This document shows positions 61,101-64,000 of a DNA stretch of 64,000 nucleotides, in pieces. Source of the stretch: the human T2T-CHM13v2.0 reference genome, Homo sapiens; the NCBI RefSeq assembly GCF_009914755.1, contig NC_060937.1; one strand, given 5' to 3'. Below the pieces are notes generated by a model, which was not told where the DNA came from, ran no database searches, and was given only the letters and a program-made list of their open reading frames with translations. The position numbers were made by a program, and so were the translations under genes. Position 1 is the stretch's first letter. Each line of letters begins with the position of its first letter.

Positions 61101-64000
61101 AATATAAAAGTACATCAAATATAGATTATATACTGTACATTAAATACCAAAGTACCCCAAATATATATTTTATACTGTACATGAAATATCAAAGTTCACA
61201 AACTATATATTATATACTGTACATATAATATCAAAGTACCCAAGGTATATATTCTATACTGTACAAAAAATAACAAAGTACCAAAAGCATGTATAATATA
61301 CTGTATATAAAATATGAAAGTACATCAAATATATATTTTATTCTGTACATAAAATATCAAAGTACACCAGATATGTATTCTATAGTGTACATAAAATATC
61401 AAAGTACCCAAACTATACATTATATACTGTACATAAAATATGAAATTACATCAAATATATATTATATTAGGTACATAAAATATCAAAGTACATCAAATAT
61501 AGATTATATACTGTACATAAAATATCAAAGTACCCCAAATATATATTATATACTCTACATGAAATATCAAAGTACACAAGCTATATATTATATACTGTAC
61601 ATAAAATATCAAAGTACCCAAGGTATATATTCTATACTGCACAAAAAATATCAAAGTACCCAAAGCATGTATTATATACTGTACATAAAATATGAAAGTA
61701 CATCGAATATATATTTTATTCTGTACATAAAATATCAAAGTACACCAGATATATATTCTATAGTGTACATAAAATATCAAAGTACCCAAACTATACATTA
61801 TATTCTGTACATAAAATATGAAATTACATCAAATATATATTAGGTACATAAAATATGAAAGTACATCAAATATAGATTATATAGTGTACATAAAATATCA
61901 AAGTACCCCAAATATATATTATATACTCTACATGAAATATCAAAGTTCACAAACTATATATTATATACTGTACATAAAATATGAAATTACATCAAATATA
62001 TTTTATATTAGGTACATAAAATATGAAAGTACATCAAATATAGATTATATACTTTACATTAAATACCAAAGTACCCCAAATATATATTTTATACTGTACA
62101 TGAAATATCAAAGTTCACAAACTATATATTATATACTGTACATATAATATCAAAGTACCCAAGGTATATATTATATACTGTACAAAAAATAACAAAGTAC
62201 CAAAAGCATGTATTATATACTGTACCTAAAATATGAAATTACATCAAATATATATTTTATTCTATACAAAAAATATCAAAGTACACCAGATATATATTCT
62301 ATAGTGTACATAAAATATCAAAGTACCCAAACTATACATTATATACTGTAAATAAAATATGAAATTACATCAAATATATATTATATTAGGTACATAAAAT
62401 ATGAAAGTACATCAAATATAGATTATATACTGTACATTAAATACCAAAGTACCCCAAATATATATTTTATACTGTACATGAAATATCAAAGTTCACAAAC
62501 TATATATTATATACTGTACATATAATATCAAAGTACCCAAGGTATATATTCTATACTGTACAAAAAATATCAAAGCACCAAAAGCATGTATTATATACTG
62601 TACATAAAATATGAAAGTACATCAAATATATATTTTATTCTGTACATAAAATATCAAAGTACGCCAGATATATATTCTATAGTGTACATAAAATATCAAA
62701 GTAAACAAACTATACATTATATACTGTACATAAAATATGAAATTACATCAAATATATATTATATTAGGTACATAAAATATGAAAGTACATCAAATATAGA
62801 TTATATACTGTACATTATATACCAAAGTACCCCAAATATATATTTTATACTGTACATGAAATATCAAAGTTCACAAACTATATATTATATACTGTACAAA
62901 AAATATCAAAGTACCCAAGGTATATATTCTCTACTGTACAAAAAATATCAAAGTACCCATAGCATGTATTATATACTGTACCTAAAATATGAAAGTACAT
63001 CAAATATATATTTTATTCTGTACATAAAATATCAAAGTACACCACATATATATTCTATAGTGTACATAAAATATCAAAGTACCCAAACTATACATTATAT
63101 ACTGTACATAAAATATGAAATTACATCAAATATATATTATATTAGGTACATAAAATATGAAAGTACATCAAATATAGATTATATACTGTACATAAAATAT
63201 CAAAGTACCCCAAATATATATTATATACTCTACATGAAATATCAAAGTTCACAAGCTATATATTATATACTGTACATAAAATATCAAAGTACCCAAGGTA
63301 TATATTCTATACTGCACAAAAAATATCAAAGTACCCAAAGCATGTATTATATACTGTACATAAAATATGAAAGTACATCGAATATATATTTTATTCTGTA
63401 CATAAAATATCAAAGTACACCAGATATATATTCTATAGTGTACATAAAATATCAAAGTACCCAAACTATACATTATATTCTGTACATAAAATATGAAATT
63501 ACATCAAATATATATTAGGTACATAAAATATGAAAGTACATCAAATATAGATTATATACTGTACATAAAGTATCAAAGTACCCCAAATATATATTATATA
63601 CTCTACATGAAATATCAAAGTTCACAAACTATATATTATATACTGTACATAAAATATGAAATTACATCAAATATATTTTATATTAGGTACATAAAATATG
63701 AAAGTACATCAAATATAGATTATATACTGTACATAAAATATCAATGTACCCCAAATATATATTTTATACTCTACATGAAATATCAAAGTTCACAAACCAT
63801 ATATTGTATACTGTACATAAAATATCAAAGTACCCAAGGTATGTATTCTATACTGTACAAAAAATATCAAAGTACCCAAAGCACGTATTATATACTGTAC
63901 ATAAAATATGAAATTACATCAAATATATATTTTATTCTGTACATAAAATATCAAAGTACACCAGATATATATTCTACAGTGTACATAAAATATCAAAGTA
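37178..64000 (+). repeat. Heterogeneous, older HSat1A domain (378/373 units with many private variants; only short, diverged duplications)
   Basis: No multi-kb identical ORF sets recur after ~37.2 kb, and almost every unit carries private substitutions or indels. Confidence 0.85.

Larger units (their letters stand above)
1..64000 (+). repeat. Human Satellite 1A (HSat1A / SAR / classical satellite I) array, 42-bp monomer, single orientation, runs off both ends of the window
   Basis: Seen: continuous 42-bp periodicity, e.g. aaatatcaaagtacccaaactatacattatatactgtacata, with GTAC sites spaced 25 and 17 bp apart; very AT-rich; A-rich + strand throughout. Established knowledge: classical human satellite I is a 42-bp repeat of alternating 17-bp (ACATAAAATAT[C/G]AAAGT) and 25-bp RsaI fragments, found in pericentromeric arrays on chr3, chr4 and the acrocentrics. 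The chromosome cannot be assigned from the sequence alone. Confidence 0.96.

Noticed and set aside
61493-63473. Two minus-strand ORFs (101 and 74 aa)
   Set aside because: Chance stop loss from the catcgaat variant within the 1675-bp duplication.
151-63518. The many + strand ORFs encoding 14-aa Y/I/K/Q/S/T repeats
   Set aside because: They are translations of the 42-bp satellite monomer. Starts and stops coincide with recurrent satellite variants and frameshifts, with no unique domains or gene structure.
1-64000. CRISPR-like array (constant tgtacataaaatat..aaagt motif alternating with variable pieces)
   Set aside because: The apparent spacers are homologous to one another and recur every nine monomers; there is no leader and no cas genes.
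1-64000. AT-rich protist or organelle repeat-antigen gene, or telomeric repeat
   Set aside because: The 17+25-bp RsaI structure and 378-bp 9-mer match human satellite 1A; no unique coding flanks or telomere motifs are present.
1-64000. TATA boxes, polyadenylation signals, and TGTACA or AT palindromes as regulatory sites or hairpins
   Set aside because: Expected by composition and repeated in every monomer, with nothing to single out a functional site.
1-64000. Embedded Alu, L1, alpha satellite, HSat1B or a strand inversion
   Set aside because: None seen on reading through; monomer phase and A-rich strand polarity are continuous.

Overview
The whole 64 kb is one uninterrupted, single-orientation, very AT-rich (about 78-80% by eye) tandem satellite. 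It matches human/primate classical Satellite 1 (HSat1A/SAR): a 42-bp monomer with two GTAC (RsaI) sites that give alternating 17- and 25-bp pieces, organised as a 9-monomer 378-bp unit with a common 373-bp variant (5-bp deletion). I see no genes, RNA genes, transposons, CRISPR arrays or inversions. All listed ORFs are by-products of a 42-bp (14-codon) repeat with one stop-poor frame. I found no new gene system; the interesting signal is the array's internal architecture. Positions 1 to ~37180 are a recently homogenised domain of nested, near-identical tandem duplications with periods 3003, 5117, 6247 and 14067 bp (22187 = 14067 + 5117 + 3003). Several breakpoints can be localised to about 40-120 bp from diagnostic SNPs. 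Positions ~37180-64000 are an older, heterogeneous domain holding diverged relatives of the units amplified on the left, shortened units (4-, 5-, 6- and 8-monomer deletion products occur across the window) and locally hypermutated units. All comparisons were made by eye plus ORF-track offsets, not by alignment software.
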